Positions 1 to 12,979 of a stretch of DNA of 64,000 nucleotides are shown here, in pieces. The notes below the pieces were generated by a model. That model worked only from the letters and a program-made list of their open reading frames with translations, did no database searches and was not told where the DNA came from. The translations under genes were made by a program, and so were the position numbers. Every line of letters starts with the position of its first letter. Position 1 is the first letter of the stretch. The stretch spans positions 3,906,001 to 3,970,000 of the forward strand of contig NC_043020.1 of NCBI RefSeq assembly GCF_006345805.1. Reading direction: 5' to 3'. This DNA is from Octopus sinensis. Its lineage: Eukaryota.

Positions 1-29
1 ATTATTATTATTATTATTATTATGGCCGT

Positions 30-1760
30 TAGTTTCCTTGCAAAATATTCTCTTCGTTTTCTTCTCAACATGCTTGATGAGATGAAAAATCTTCGGCAAC
101 TCGTTTCCCGACAGCTTGAACGAACAGGGCTGGATGCATCGCCGGGCTTTGTCCTTAAATGTGGTGTCAGCAGAGACTGTAAACCGTTGGAGCAGGACTA
201 GACGACCATGGCTAAGAACGGCTTCTGCTGCGAGGACTGAGCGTGCAACAGGTGAAGGCATTCCACGGTACAAAAGGTCCAGGTGAGGCACAGCATGGGC
301 GGAAAAATATGCATCCAGTTGAGCAAACCAAAGTGTGACGTCACCAGAGTATGTGGTGGGCATGTTGGGAAGACTCAACTTTTACAGAGGAAAGAAAGGA
401 AAACGAAAAAAGCACGGGACCAAAGAACCAACAAAAATGTTGGAATAATAAACGTGTGAGCAGAAAATGGTGGTACTCAGAATAGGCAGCGTAAATGCAC
501 GTTGCCTGGGATCGCCTTAGAAGCGGGATCACTTACTCAACGGCCTCAGGGCACTGAAGGTCGGTCTGGTGGACATTACTGAAACCAGAATTTCTGAGAT
601 TTCCAACCCATTTTCTGTGACTATGAAGTGTACGTATCTCCAAGTCATCCGAGAGCAGAAATCTGAGTCGCCATTTATTTCGGAAAAATCCGTATCTCAC
701 GATACGGACCAACTTCCTGGATCCAGAATTGAAGTCAGTAGTGTTGGACGTGACCGGTAGTGAAGGACATACTATCAGGCTAATTGTCGTCTATGCCCCG
801 AGAGGGTCAGGACTATCAGATTTCATCAGGCGTCTGGAAACTTTTCTGGGAACGTCCCGCTCTTTAGTGTTAGTGGGAGATTGGAACGGATTCTTAGGTG
901 CACGGTGGAACTGTGTGGGTTTAGTGGATAGGGGAGGAGGGAGCAAAAACCTCGCAAACCTGCTCAGACGATTCCATCTGCCCGACAGGTATGGACTGGA
1001 TTTCCTTGATAGGCCAGTGTGGATCTGATCAAACCGCATCGGGTTATTCAGGTTGTATCTAGATAGGGTATTCTATAGAGAAGCAGATAAGCATAGCATA
1101 GGTTGCCCATAATTTAAAACACTCGACTACACAGACCACAGATTCGTGATCTGTACAGTCGACTTAGATAGGGCCCATAGACAGGAGCCCAGTTACTGGA
1201 TGATGAACGCGTCCTTGCCGGCGCGCAAAGCTTTCGGAGACCAGATTAGTGAATTAGTTAAGCGGGCGTTGATGGAGCAATCGTCAACAATAAATGGTAG
1301 TTAGCCCTCAAAAGGGTGATTAGAATAGAATTGATAAGGTTTAGCAAAGGATCAGCTGTAGAAAGAAACAAAATAGAGGCAGAGCTAGTCAGGATGTTAG
1401 GTGAGGCTTTTAGGAAAGGCATTATGACCGACGTGATTGGCACTCGAAAAATTCTTTGACGCGAAACATGAAGGTTGCGTTGTCAGAGCTAAGATGCGTG
1501 CTCTTAGACATGAAGGGACGAAAACCATTCAATGGGCCCGAGTGGCAAAGACACGGTGGGGCAATAAACCCACGATCCGATCCTTACTGGACTACGACGG
1601 ACAAACGATAATCGATCCCAATCAGTGGTGTGTGGCTTTTTAGCTCAACTGTTCTGGAAATAGCGGTTAACCGAGTCTAGACTTCATTCATACCTCAACG
1701 TATTGTCGCGGCTCTCGACAACGAGGTGAAGCATTGGGAAAGGCCGATAACAGCTCCTGA
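30..1760 (+). mobile_element. Decayed L1/Tx1-clade non-LTR retrotransposon: end of ORF1 region and the APE endonuclease/linker part of ORF2, 3'-truncated
   Basis: ATG at 467 reads MVVLRIGSVNARCLG. ORF 729-1028 has RLIVVYAP...LVLVGDWN. 1130-1210 reads TDHRFV...YWMMN. ORF 1437-1643 (GCVVRAKMR..E) matches the linker in the Tx1-like copies at 8.9 kb and 61.4 kb. Many stops and frameshifts. Boundaries approximate. Confidence 0.8.
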
Positions 1761-2109
1761 AAAACGGGAAACAATGACTAACATTAAAGTTCTTTAGCTA
1801 AAATATGTGTATACAAGGGAAACTCCAATGATAGAAATATAAAAAAAATTGAATATTCGAATCTACAGCATAAAGCGTTTCGTCATCGTTGGTGGAAGAA
1901 ATTAGCATTATTTAGAGAGAAGTGCTTTTGAAACGGTTCTGCGCAAATGGAATGTAGAAATATCGAGGGTATATTAAAAATGTAGTCTAAGGCTATAGAA
2001 AATAAAGGAAGTTTGAGTTTTCAGAAAAAAGCGTAATTAATAATTTTGGGATACACAATTATGATAACAGCTTCAAATTTTGGCACAGAGCCAGAAATTT
2101 TAGAGGAGG

Positions 2110-2235
2110 CAGCATAAGTCGAGTACATTGATCCAAGTGCTCAACTGGTACTTATTTTATCGACCCCAAAACGACGAAAGGCAAATTCGACAAGCATTTT
2201 GTTCGGCGTGCTAACAGTTCTGCCAGTTCTCCGCC
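2110..2235 (-). mobile_element. SINE fragment (family shared with 17405-17597)
   Basis: Shares caactggtactta..ttatcgac..gaaagg..aaa and cggcgtgctaac with the copy at 17.4-17.6 kb. Confidence 0.65.
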
Positions 2236-2519
2236 TGATTAATAATACAATGAAAACAATTGGATTTCTATATTTTTTTTCAAAATTTTAAACTTTAAAG
2301 CATAGAGTTTACAAGTACACCATTTGAAGTGTGTCAGAGTTTATACTTTTTCCATACAAAGTGTGTCAGTAATCTCCATTCCAATTTTCATTTGATCGCC
2401 AGTGATCCATTAATATGTTAAATGTTTTATTTGATTAGATCCACAGAGCTCTATTAATGTTCTCGGTTTCACTAAAATTCTGAAAGGGTTTTAGTCAAAC
2501 AAATTGACCTGAATACTTA

Positions 2520-2630
2520 TTTCTTTAAAGCCTGTTATTTAGTTTATCGATGGTTTTTGTCGGACCGCTAAGCTGTGGGGTAAGTAAACAAATCCACACC
2601 GGTTTCAAGTGGTGCTAGGGGACAAACGTG
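2520..2630 (+). mobile_element. SINE fragment (gccgaaccgctaag family)
   Basis: gtcggaccgctaagctgtggggtaagtaaacaaatccacaccggtttcaag resembles 62.5 kb and 63.1 kb. Confidence 0.5.
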
Positions 2631-3709
2631 TAGGGGGCTGAAGTGACTTACCATATCAAGTCGATATGATGTAACCCACTGCCAAACGTAGTGTGTAAAT
2701 GTAACGTTCGGAGTAAGCAATGGATATCAAAGAATCAACACCAAGAAGGAAGAAATATTATTTACATGTAACGGTAAATTTTGTCTCATAGCTGGCTGGT
2801 TGTAACCTTCTTTCTCCCTCTGTCTGTTTGTCTTTAGTGGTTGCCTGCTTGTGACCATAACTCTAGTTTGTCTCATTTCACTAACTGATGGTCGCTCTCA
2901 CTAACTGATTTTGCCTTATCAAATTCTTGTATTTATAACTATCCAAACCCAACTAGAAGGAAAGGCATATCGTTGAGAACAATAGATTTCGTTGGAAGTC
3001 TGTTATCTCTAGTCTCGCTTTTGGTGGCCTAGAAGAGGTTAGAAGTATCAAGTGGCAAAGACATTATTTTGCTTGGCGAAGGCATCTGGCAAATGTAACT
3101 ACTCACAGAAAAACTATCGTTTCACCGCGAGAAAAGTGCTGTTGAACTGTTAAGTGAAATTTGGCGATCGAGATCGAATCCACGCTATGCCTGCATGAAG
3201 CCACTACATACAAATATTTTATTCGTTTGCCCGACAGGTAGTTAAAGAGACAGTTGTAACTGTAGTGATAGTGACAAAAAGGTTGACTCGTTGGTTAGTA
3301 GTTGATAGTGTAGAAGTTGCTGTCTGTCAGTAGAGAGTGAAATAGTAAGGAATGCACGGTGCTGACTAGAAAGGAAGAAAGGATAAAAGTGGCATCGTCT
3401 TTCTTGCGGCCGAAAGCTTCTTTTTGTATGTCGAGCGAAGGGCGAAAGGGAAGTGCTACTCTTGGTTTGGCTGACACAAAAGAGGGCGTTGCTCCTTGGT
3501 CTAACTGGCATAAAAGAGGAAGTGATAGGAAATGTTCTTTGTTATGTAGACTATGATCAATAATGAAGGTCAAACCCTAAACAAAGGACTGACCTTTCCT
3601 TGACCAGCACAAGCCCTTGGGGGTCAAGTGATTCCCCATCAATCATCTGGTGTGGAGAGGGTAGATTCGGTTTCAAATCTCAGGTAGGGCCATGCGGGGT
3701 CCCTACAAA

Positions 3710-3822
3710 TGCACACACACTGATACACACACACACTGATACACACACACACACACACACACTGATACACACACACACCTATACACACACACCGATACAC
3801 ACACACCTATGCACACACACCG

Positions 3823-3865
<43 letters not shown>

Positions 3866-4020
3866 AGCAACGGGCTTCATTCCGTTTCCATCTACCAAAT
3901 TCACTCACAAGGCATTGGTCGGTCCGGGGTTATAGTAGTAGACTTTTGCCGGGGTTATAGTAGTAGACTTTTGGCCAAGGTACCACGCAAAGCCAACTTC
4001 TTACCATACAGCCACGTGTA
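3710..4020 (+). mobile_element. (CA)n tract followed by the SINE 3' half
   Basis: (CA)n at ~3710-3860, then gggcttcattccgtttccatctaccaaattcactcacaaggcattggtcgg...cttaccatacagccac. Related to 6580-6870 and 62470-62730. Confidence 0.7.
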
Positions 4021-4064
4021 AATATTTATTTCTTCACACAAGGTAAATAAATGATCTTGGAAGC

Positions 4065-4349
4065 ACTCAGTCGGTTACGACGACTGAGCACTCCACAGAC
4101 ACGTGTACCCTTAACGTAGTTCTCGGGGATATTCAGCGTGACATAGGTACAACAGAAACAGGAAGTAAGAGTGAGAGAAAGTTGTGGTGAAAGAGTACAG
4201 CAGGGATCACCACCATCCCCTGCCAGAGCCTCGTGGAGCTTTTTAGGTGTTTTCGCTCAATAAACACTCACAATGCCTGGTCTGGGAATCGAAACCGCGA
4301 TCCTATGACCACGAGTCCGCTGCCCTAACCACTGGGCCATTGCGCCTCC
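4065..4349 (-). mobile_element. tRNA-derived SINE
   Basis: Minus-strand head GGAGGCGCAATGGCCCAGTGGTTAGGGCAGCGGACTCGTGGTCATAGGATCGCGGTTTCGATTCCCAGACC has A-box and B-box motifs but runs into a non-tRNA body. Confidence 0.75.
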
Positions 4350-4659
4350 TAAATAAATGATCTAATCTACCTTTATAAAAGAAGGAGAAAAAACTTGCAC
4401 ACTTTGGCTTCAATGGCACTAGACGTTCCAGGATCGAGCTGAAAATTGGCAGGGATACTAAATGCGACCCGCGATGGTTAAAATTCGCAAGCTGTGAAGA
4501 TGTGGTTGCTATGGCAAAAAGAGTGATTTAAAAAAAAAAATATTTCAGCATTCAGAAATAGATACGTTGTAAGGGGAACAACTCTGTAGTTCCTATGATT
4601 ACACTTCCGAGTAACGACTCGACCTGAATATCAAGGTTACTTATCTGTTGCGAAACAAT

Positions 4660-4746
4660 ATGTTGCGTGTGTGTATGCGTGCGTGTGTGCGTGCGTGCGT
4701 AAGTGTGTGTGTGTGTGCGTGAGTAAGTGTGTGTGTGTGTGCGTAA

Positions 4747-4779
<33 letters not shown>

Positions 4780-4945
4780 GTGTGTGTGTGTGTGTGTGTG
4801 CGTAAGTGTGTGTGTGTGTGTGCGTGCGTAAGTGTGTGTGTGTGTGCGTAAGTGTGTGTGTGTGTGTGTGCGTAAGTGTGTGTGTGTGTGTGTGTGCGTG
4901 TTTATGTGTGTGTATGCGTGCGTGTGTGTGTGTGTGTGCGTGCAT
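4660..4945. repeat. Compound (TG)n microsatellite with recurring GCGTAAGT interruptions
   Basis: Seen directly in the sequence. Confidence 0.95.
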
Positions 4946-5148
4946 ACGAGCGCGAGAGTTGGCTGTTAATTCAATCGAACATAAAGAAATCAAAAAAGTA
5001 GTTAAAAAAGCAATTAATAATTTTAAGAAGAATTTCACTCAACCTGATAGCATAAAAAGCATGAAAGAAGATAATAAGAGTAGAAATTACTATTATTTTT
5101 AGCATATAAGGGATCCACTGAGTGGTCTCTCCTCTTGTCTATTTATAT

Positions 5149-5597
5149 AAATATTTTGGCAATCTTTCGCCTCTTGTAGACCTTTCCGTCGACTTCCGTA
5201 AAAAATCTTTTTTTTTTTTTACATATGGGCTTGCGGGAACTTTTGAAGTAATGAGGGCGAAAGAGACTAAGAGAAAGCGATTGTATGACGAGGGAAGTTC
5301 TTTTGACGTTACCGTCCAGGGGAAGCATTGATGTACATGTGTGTGTGCGTGCGTGTTTGATGGGGTGTGGGAGACAGACAGTATGTTGTGTAAGTGAAGT
5401 GCTTCTGTTAGTGTGTGTGAAGAGACAGAGAGAGTAATGAGTGAAAGAAAGAGATAACTGAAATTTTTTACTCGGTGTATGTGTATATGTATGTATATTA
5501 CTTCAAAAGTTCCCGCAAGCCCATATGTAACAAAAAAAAAATTTTTACGGAAATCGACGGAAAGGTCTACTAGAGACGAAAGATCGCCAATATTTTT
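5149..5597. repeat. ~100-bp inverted repeat, arms 5149-5252 and 5497-5597
   Basis: ...acatatgggcttgcgggaacttttgaagtaat is the reverse complement of attacttcaaaagttcccgcaagcccatatgt.... The match extends through ccgt/acgg, gacctttcc/ggaaaggtc to the tattttggc/gccaatat ends. Confidence 0.9.
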
Positions 5598-5806
5598 CGA
5601 ACAAAGTAAATAAATTATTTTTTAAAACAATGAATATAATTTTTTTACACAAATTAAATATGTTTCAAACAAAGTAAATAATTTTTTAAACTAAGCAAAT
5701 AAATTATGTTTTATAAACAAAAACTAAGGTTAGGGTCAAAAAATGTATTCATTTGCACACGCACACTTCGTTGTAGGATCAACTACTTACGACTAGCTAG
5801 CGCGGA

Positions 5807-5843
5807 TGCGCGAGTGCGCGCACCGGGACCACTGTTCGCTAGT
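5807..5843 (+). mobile_element. Helitron-like 3' terminus (GC hairpin + CTAGT)
   Basis: tgcgcg-agtg-cgcgca stem at 5807-5822, CTAGT at 5839-5843. Confidence 0.4.
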
Positions 5844-6048
5844 AGTACGGGTTATATATACGTTAACAGGAAGTGGGCGAGGTAATATTTACATTTTCAT
5901 AGTCTGATAATAGAAATTATATGAACACTACCAAATCGCTCCAACCATGGCGAGCTCAGCAGCGAACAAGGCAGGACCAGTGACGTCACAGCAGCTACTC
6001 GCCTGACGACTGCGCTAAAGTGATTAATACGGAAGGCAAACTCCGCCA

Positions 6049-6121
6049 GCCGAAATAGCTCAGTTGGGAGAGCGTTAGACTGAAGATCTAAAGGTCCCTG
6101 GTTCAATCCCGGGTTTCGGCA
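6049..6121 (+). tRNA. tRNA-Phe-GAA: tRNA-Phe (anticodon GAA), intronless
   Basis: GCCGAAATAGCTCAGTTGGGAGAGCGTTAGACTGAAGATCTAAAGGTCCCTGGTTCAATCCCGGGTTTCGGCA is the 73-nt canonical eukaryotic tRNA-Phe, with a paired acceptor stem and A/B boxes. Confidence 0.97.
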
Positions 6122-6141
6122 TCCGGAGGTTGGCAACAAGC

Positions 6142-6146
6142 TTTTT
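6142..6146 (+). terminator. RNA polymerase III oligo(T) terminator for the tRNA-Phe gene
   Basis: TTTTT about 20 nt after the tRNA 3' end. Confidence 0.8.
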
Positions 6147-6579
6147 AATTTAAAAAAAAATTTTTTTTTTTAGGGAATCGCAATGGAGAGAGTAAATACT
6201 ATATTGTGTAGCTGTAAATTGTTTATGTTTTAATTAAATCGTCTGTTTTCTCATTTTTGAAAAAAATTAGTTTTCCTTTTATAACTACTTAGATTTCCGT
6301 TTCGAGTTTCCCATTTTCAGTTTTATGTGAAATCTATTTCAAACCTCAATCTTGTTCGTTGTGGTTTTTTGTTTTTGTTGTTGTAATATGTAGTCTCCCC
6401 TTTTCGGTCTGTCAACATCTTTGGTCAACTGTTTTTATTCCTTATTTCAATGTGTCGCAATCAATTCCATTTCAGCGCTTTTACAACTTTCAAAATGTCA
6501 TTTGCTTTGGCTTCTTTTTCGGATCCATTTCAAGAATCTCTCCAATCCCATAAAAGTTGGAACTTTTCTTTAGGCACAA

Positions 6580-6720
6580 GAATGGCTGTGTTGCAACTAC
6601 GAGGTTCCGAATTCAGTCCCACTGCGTGGCACCGTGGGAAAGTGTCTTCTACAATAGCTCTGGGACGACCAATGAATTGTGGTTGAATTTGATAGACGGA
6701 AATAGAGTGGATGCCCATCG

Positions 6721-6767
<47 letters not shown>

Positions 6768-6870
6768 TTGCTTGTCCCACCGCTTGACAATTGGTGTTGG
6801 TTTATTTGCGGCCCCGTAATTTAGTGGTTTGACATAAGTGACGTCCAGAATAAGTACCAATTTTCAAAAT
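6580..6870 (-). mobile_element. SINE with internal (CA/TG)n
   Basis: Reverse complement of the SINE body seen at 3865-4020 and 62470-62730, with (TG)n at ~6723-6762. Confidence 0.7.
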
Positions 6871-6999
6871 TAAGTACTGAAACCGATTTGTTTGAGTAAG
6901 GACTTCAAGGGGTTACTCCTGCATCACCGTTGTCCAATGACTGACACAAGTAAAAGATTTGTTAAAAATCGGTTGTATACTCCCTTCGAAGGCTTGTTC

Positions 7000-8990
7000 T
7001 TCGCTTTCCAAAATAGATCTAATCCTACAAAAGATCTGCCAGCCCAAAGTAAAAAGCCATTTTTATTTCTTTTTCTTTACTTGACCTGTGTTGTTGTGCC
7101 TGTAAAGTTTATCTCGAACAGGCAAAGCTCCCCGGTGGCACTGCCCGGCCAGAGACTTTTGGAAATTATCCATTGGTCCCGACCCGAAAGTTTTCCGGAA
7201 AAGAGCGAACAGCTTCTTCGACGCCCAAGGTCTCCCCAAAAACGTCGTGACACCTTTTCTCCACTAATCCTCTATAAAAAGCTAAAGTGGTCGTTCCACC
7301 AATCGCACTGTCCGATTGACTGAGGGCTGTGACAGCTTGAAGACATTCCACTTTCGAAAAGCCCCCCCCCCTCGGTCTCTGTTTCGCTCAAGACTGCAAC
7401 TCCGTTAAGGAAACGAACTGCGGAAATTCATGTCTGGCGAACTGCGACACACCTATTCACCATCAAGGAAGCACTGGAGATGTCATAACTTCAGGGCATG
7501 TCTGTGCATCATCAGCCACGTTATGCCCAGTCCAACATGCAGTGGATGCTGACAGCAGATAGACCGCATCCCTTCCACAAGAATCGGAAGAGCATACGCT
7601 CCAGCGTAATCAAACGGTGACCAGGACAAGGTACGACGGTCAAATGATTGTAGAAGACGGACGCAATATACGTATTAGTCACCCACTGCCTGACTCTTCA
7701 GGGACAGCTTTCTCACGGCCCATTTCTGGGTGAGAGCAGTTACTCTGTTCGTTACCTCGTCCCATTTTGTGTCCATCTGGAGGTCCGGACCTAACCAGAC
7801 CCCGAGTAATTTAACCGGTCCGCCCGTCCAGCACCAAACGAAGCAGTTGGACGACATGGACTTGCTTCTCCAGGTGCTGAGCTGCAAGCCCACTGATTTT
7901 TCTTGGTTAATTGTCTCTCCTGACACCGCTTTGTAGTCCCTGAGTGCGGTGCCGATCATTTCTATGTGTTTATGATCCGACGCGCATCTCCCACGTAACT
8001 AGGTCACACAGAATGCCTCTCAAAGCTTTCAGTTTGTGTAGTAGTGGCTTGAGAGTCAGTATGTACAAGAGAGACTAGAGGGGACAACCTTGTCGGTCGA
8101 GCGCATAATGTTGATCTCTCTGAGAGGTTACCGTTCACTCTTACCACTGAACAGATGTTGCTGTACATTGCAGCGACCCAGCCTCCGAATACAGGCCCGA
8201 AACCAACTGCCTTGAGGACCACCGCCAGATATAGATGGTCGACCCTGTCGAAAGCTTAAGACTGATTTAGATTGATCAAGGCCCCACCCGTGCCAGGTTC
8301 TTTAGCCAATTTTTCAGTGATGTATCTCAAGAGGTGGTGGTTGTCGTGGGTGGGCCTTTTCGAGATGGCCCATGTCTGTGCCTCCTCTACCAGATCCCCG
8401 ATGACAAGTGCCAACCTCGTAGCTAATACACTGGCCAAAATTTTGAACTCTGCATTCAGCAGAGTTACGGTCCCAAGTTATCAAAACAATTCTCCCTTGT
8501 TCGGGTCTTTTCTCAGCAACGCTACCGCTCCTCGGCTCACAAAATTGAGAATTCTCCTATTCTGTTGCCTGTCGCAGTAAACGTTTGCTAAGAGGTCACC
8601 GAACAAGTCTGGCATGTAAGCGTTAAGCTCGTAGGCAGACCATCCAAACCAGGCGATTTACCCCTCATGCAGCTAGCCATTGCTTCTCGTATTTCAAAGG
8701 CTGTTATCGGATTTCACATCGCTCCGCCTCCGTCGACGAGAGCCGCGGCAACCCGTCGAGGAAGGATGTAAAATCCACGCAGCCACCTGGCTCATCGCTA
8801 CTCCCGAACAGTTGAGCGAAGTGCCGCTGAAAGGCCTCACACATGTGTTCTGAGTCAGTTATCGTTTGCCCTTCGTATTTCGACAAGAATCGGATCGTGA
8901 ATTTATTGCCACGATGTACTTCTTCCACTCGGGTCCGTTCAACGGCGTTCGTCCCTTCGTCTCAAGTCCTCACACCTTAGCTCTGACAAC
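7000..8990 (-). mobile_element. Decayed Tx1-like LINE, RT domain to 3' region
   Basis: Minus fragments read KSPGLDGLP, TLLNAEFKILASVLA, LINLNQSxAFDRVDH, SVRQGCPLSSLLY and PVKLLGVWLGPD. Homologous to 59.1-61.4 kb. The YADD segment appears deleted near 7990. Boundaries approximate. Confidence 0.85.
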
Positions 8991-11499
8991 GCAACCTTTG
9001 AACAAAAATAGAGGGCACTGAACAGGAAGTATAATTCTGAAAGAAAGGGCCTGAAAGTGGTATTGGAGGAACTGAAACAGTGCCTCGTTGCAAAGAAAGC
9101 AAAGATGGTAACATACGACCAAAGAATGAAGGGTTACCAGCAAAATAGGTTATTCAGAGCAGAAGAGATTCTACAAAGAAATAAATGGAGAGTGTACAGA
9201 TGAAATGTTGATACCAGAGAACATTGAAAATCAAATGTTTTGGAGTGACATCTGGAGCAAAGGCAAGGAGCACAAGAAGGATGCTGAATAGTTGCAAGAA
9301 CTGAAACAAACAGTAGTCTGTCCAAAACAGGCAGAACTAGTCATTTCAGTTAGGGAAGTGAAGGAAATCACAAAAAACAAAAGACAAAAAGGAGCAACTG
9401 GGAGGCCCCGGGACCAGATGGAGTTCAAGGCTACTGGATCAAAAGATTTGGTGAATGTCATGCACGAACAGCTGCACAACTGAACACCTTGTTAAATGCT
9501 GACCAGAGTGATTGACATTGGGTAGGACAGTGCTGTGCTTGAAAAACACCGAAAAAGGCAATACGATATCCTGTTTGCCACTTATGTGGAAATTATTGAC
9601 TGGAATAGCTGCAGAGTCAGTGTACGAACATCTGGGGGGGGGGATGGAGTCCTGCCACATGAGCAGAAGGGTTTCATGCGTAAGTGCAGAGCTGCCAAGG
9701 ATCAACTCCTGGTAGACAAAACTGTACTTAGAGATTGCAAGAGGAGGAAAAGTAACTTAGCTATGTCATGGATCGATTATCGTAAGGCATACGATATGAT
9801 CCCACATTCATGGATTGTATGAACGTACTTGCTACTGCATCGAATGTTGAGCGATTGTTTGGAAAAAGTATGGCGAAGCGGAGGACGGAACGGACAGCAT
9901 ATGGAAGAAATTTAGGGACAATAGAAATCAGGAGGGGCATCTTCCTTAGTCAGAAAGAGCCTTGACCTAGTTACAACATTCTCAAAAGATGTAGGGTTGG
10001 AGTTTGGTCAAGATAGATGTTGTTACATGGCTGTAAAAAGGGGGGGGGACTAGTAATATCTCCATGAATGATTTGACTGTTTCCCCTGTATCTGACGAGG
10101 AATGTTACAAGTATGTAGGGAAGGATGAAAATATATCTTACAGTGATACATGTAACAAAACATGTGTCACTAAAGGATATTACAGCCGTCTAAAAAAAGT
10201 TGGACTTCAGAACCTGATTTCAATAAAACAGTGACCAACAATGTGTTTGCAGTGCCAGTACTCATACCAACATACGGGCTGTTTGATTGGAAGTTTGATG
10301 AGATCCGAGCCATTGATGTGAAAACCCGAAAAATTCTTACAAGCTCACATAATTTCCACATAAACAGTGACGTAGACCGCCTCTATCTAAAACGAAAACA
10401 AGGCGGCAGAGGCATAACATCAATCCAAAATGCTTTTGAATGTCACATCATATCCCTTCGGTAACATCTTTTAACCACCAAGTGTCGAAGTGCATCTCTT
10501 GATCAAGTTTGCATACATGAGGCTGATATTATCATGAGACTTGGAAGGCAGCTCCTTGAGCAACACTCTTTGTCTGATAACCTAGAAAACATGCCCAAAG
10601 AAGCCGCACGACTCTACTGCAACATATCCTCAGATGAAAGGACGAGCCTATATGAGCAGAAGACTATACATGGAGATGTCAGTAGAAAGCTCCGTGATGA
10701 TAGTATATCGATCATCAAAGCAGTTTATCGTAGACCAATAGCCGGATTACTACCTCCCACTTTGAAGGGTATGCGTTTGCAATCCAGGAACAGGAAATAT
10801 CAACCAAGTACCTGATACACAAAAGGAATAGAGATACAGGACAAGCCGTAAAATGTGACAACCGATGCAGACTTTGTGGAGTTCACACTCAAGATATCAT
10901 GCACATCATAAGCAGTTGTCTGAAAATGTCATCACAGTATTATCTGCCGATGACATATGATGCTGTAGCGAGGACACTCCATAGCGAAATCTGTCAGAAG
11001 CATAATTCTGGAAGACAAAGAAATAAGAACCCACAACATGATAGAAGCCTCTCATTATTAAAAGAAATACTGGTGGAATGTCTTAGTGAAGACCTCAACA
11101 AAATGTAAGCATAACATCTTTGGGATAGAGAAGAGAAACTGTGTACAGTTGTGGAAATTAGCTGCCCAGCAGATGTTAACAGAAAGCTGAAGATCAGGGG
11201 AAAAGGGAAAACCTCTGCTGAACTATTGAGGAATCTGCAGTTACTCTATCCAGATTAGAAGTTCAGGTTTATACCTGTAATTATTGGGGCCCTGGGATAT
11301 GTAACACAGTGCTTAAATACCAATCTTGAGAAATTAGGCTTCTAAAGAACGGAACTTAAAAATCTGTAAAACTTTCCAGAAATTTATCATTTAAATATAT
11401 ACGAGCATGTCTAGATATGCAACTATATGCATGAGAATACATATATAAAGGAAAACATACAAATCTGCGCATAATACATACATACATACATACATACAT

Positions 11500-11540
<41 letters not shown>

Positions 11541-11640
11541 AATACCCTGTTGTTGATGTTGAAATTCCAATGGAGAAGCTTTGGATGTTGGTTAGAAAAT
11601 GGTTCTTTCTCTATTGGAAAGAAATCTTGAAATAAACTGT
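8990..11640 (+). mobile_element. Decayed RLE-type non-LTR retrotransposon (Dong/R4-like): RT, CCHC knuckle, restriction-like endonuclease and 3' UTR
   Basis: ORFs read [50 protein letters not shown] and DVDRLYLKRKQGGRG. Then CRLCG..MHIISSC, KLCTVVEISCPADVN and IPVIIGALG. The subclade name is inference. Confidence 0.85.
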
Positions 11641-12598
11641 ATAATGACATACATACATACATACATACATACATGCCCGTATGTATAGTCACATTTCTGA
11701 TCTCGCTTCAATTCGGTTTCGAGCACTACCATCAGCTGATTGTGCCTTTAAACACGATTAGCACTCACGTGGCTTTTTCAGTGCTGGTGAGACCTTACAC
11801 ACTCTTTTGCATCGATGTGGCAATGCTGAGCGTCTCTTGAAGCAGGTGTCGAGAGAAATTGGCTCCTACACTGACACGTGCCTTCAGAATAACATGGAAC
11901 TTTTCTTTCACTTGTGTCTAGGGAGGGTGAATCCTCTTTTTTGCCTTTCTCAGTAACGGCTAGCCATTATTATGCGATAAATAATAGAAATGTTCCTAAA
12001 TATGTTAAAAATCCTGTGAATTTGTTTTTAAGTGGGAAAAGGCGTTGCGCAAAGCCAGGTCCACTCTCTGCGCAGCGAGTGCATTTGACCAAAACGAGGA
12101 ACTAGTCTACACCACTAGACTTCTCTCTTCGAGACAGATGTTTAAAGAGAGACTGTGTTCGGCCAGCGGCTGGATGGCAATTGACCCTTCACCCACCCTT
12201 TGATAGGTTTCGTTTTATATTCTTCAGGGTATCCAATGAAAACTCTCTTTATCAGGCAGGCTTAGTAGGGTTTCCAGCTTCAGTGCCGACAGCCCGACCA
12301 TGTGACAGATCGAACTGGGTTCTATGATACCAGTAACACTAAGAGTAACATAAATGCATAGATCACTCAGAGTTACATTTTACATTTTCCACTTTCGCTA
12401 ATTTGAAGAGCTTTTCAGACACACAATATTTTGAACCTGTAAATGTAGTGATTTCAGAGGATTTCTTTGTAATCTAGATGTTTAGAACCAGTTTCATTCA
12501 TAACAGTTCAAATATTTTTTCACAGAATATAATGTAATTTGGTATCGTTACGAAATTATCTACATTCATTTATGTAAGTATGGATGGAAATGTGTAGT

Positions 12599-12645
<47 letters not shown>

Positions 12646-12979
12646 GTACAAATATGTATATACACACACATTTCTGTGTATGCGCGCACAGATGGCTACA
12701 TATACAGATGCATGCATATGCATATGTATGCCACACACACACATAGTTACAAGCTTACGTATACAAGGTATTCGGGATACATATTTTATGCCTATTTTTT
12801 TTCAGGAAGGGCTTCAGGTATTGTCGAACAATCAACGGCGATGGAGAGCATAAAGATTAAAGTTTAAGTTGATCAAACGTTTGCTGACTTGAAACACTGA
12901 AAGCCATTGGAAGACAAATACCTATATCAGGACGATTTTCGCCGGATGTCACATTGCTGGCATTATGACTGCTGCTCGA

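Noticed and set aside
2645-2720. Minus-strand WQWVTSYRLDM ending at a gtaagt donor, resembling the discoidin (F5/8C) WVTSY motif
   Set aside because: Too short, with an in-frame stop just upstream and no partner exons found
4275-4349. tRNA-like sequence on the minus strand
   Set aside because: No proper acceptor stem, and it continues into a SINE body, so it is called a SINE head rather than a tRNA
12195-12235. Minus-strand CTGAAGA...CGAAAC resembling a hammerhead core
   Set aside because: Stem II and a valid NUH cleavage site with stem III could not be formed
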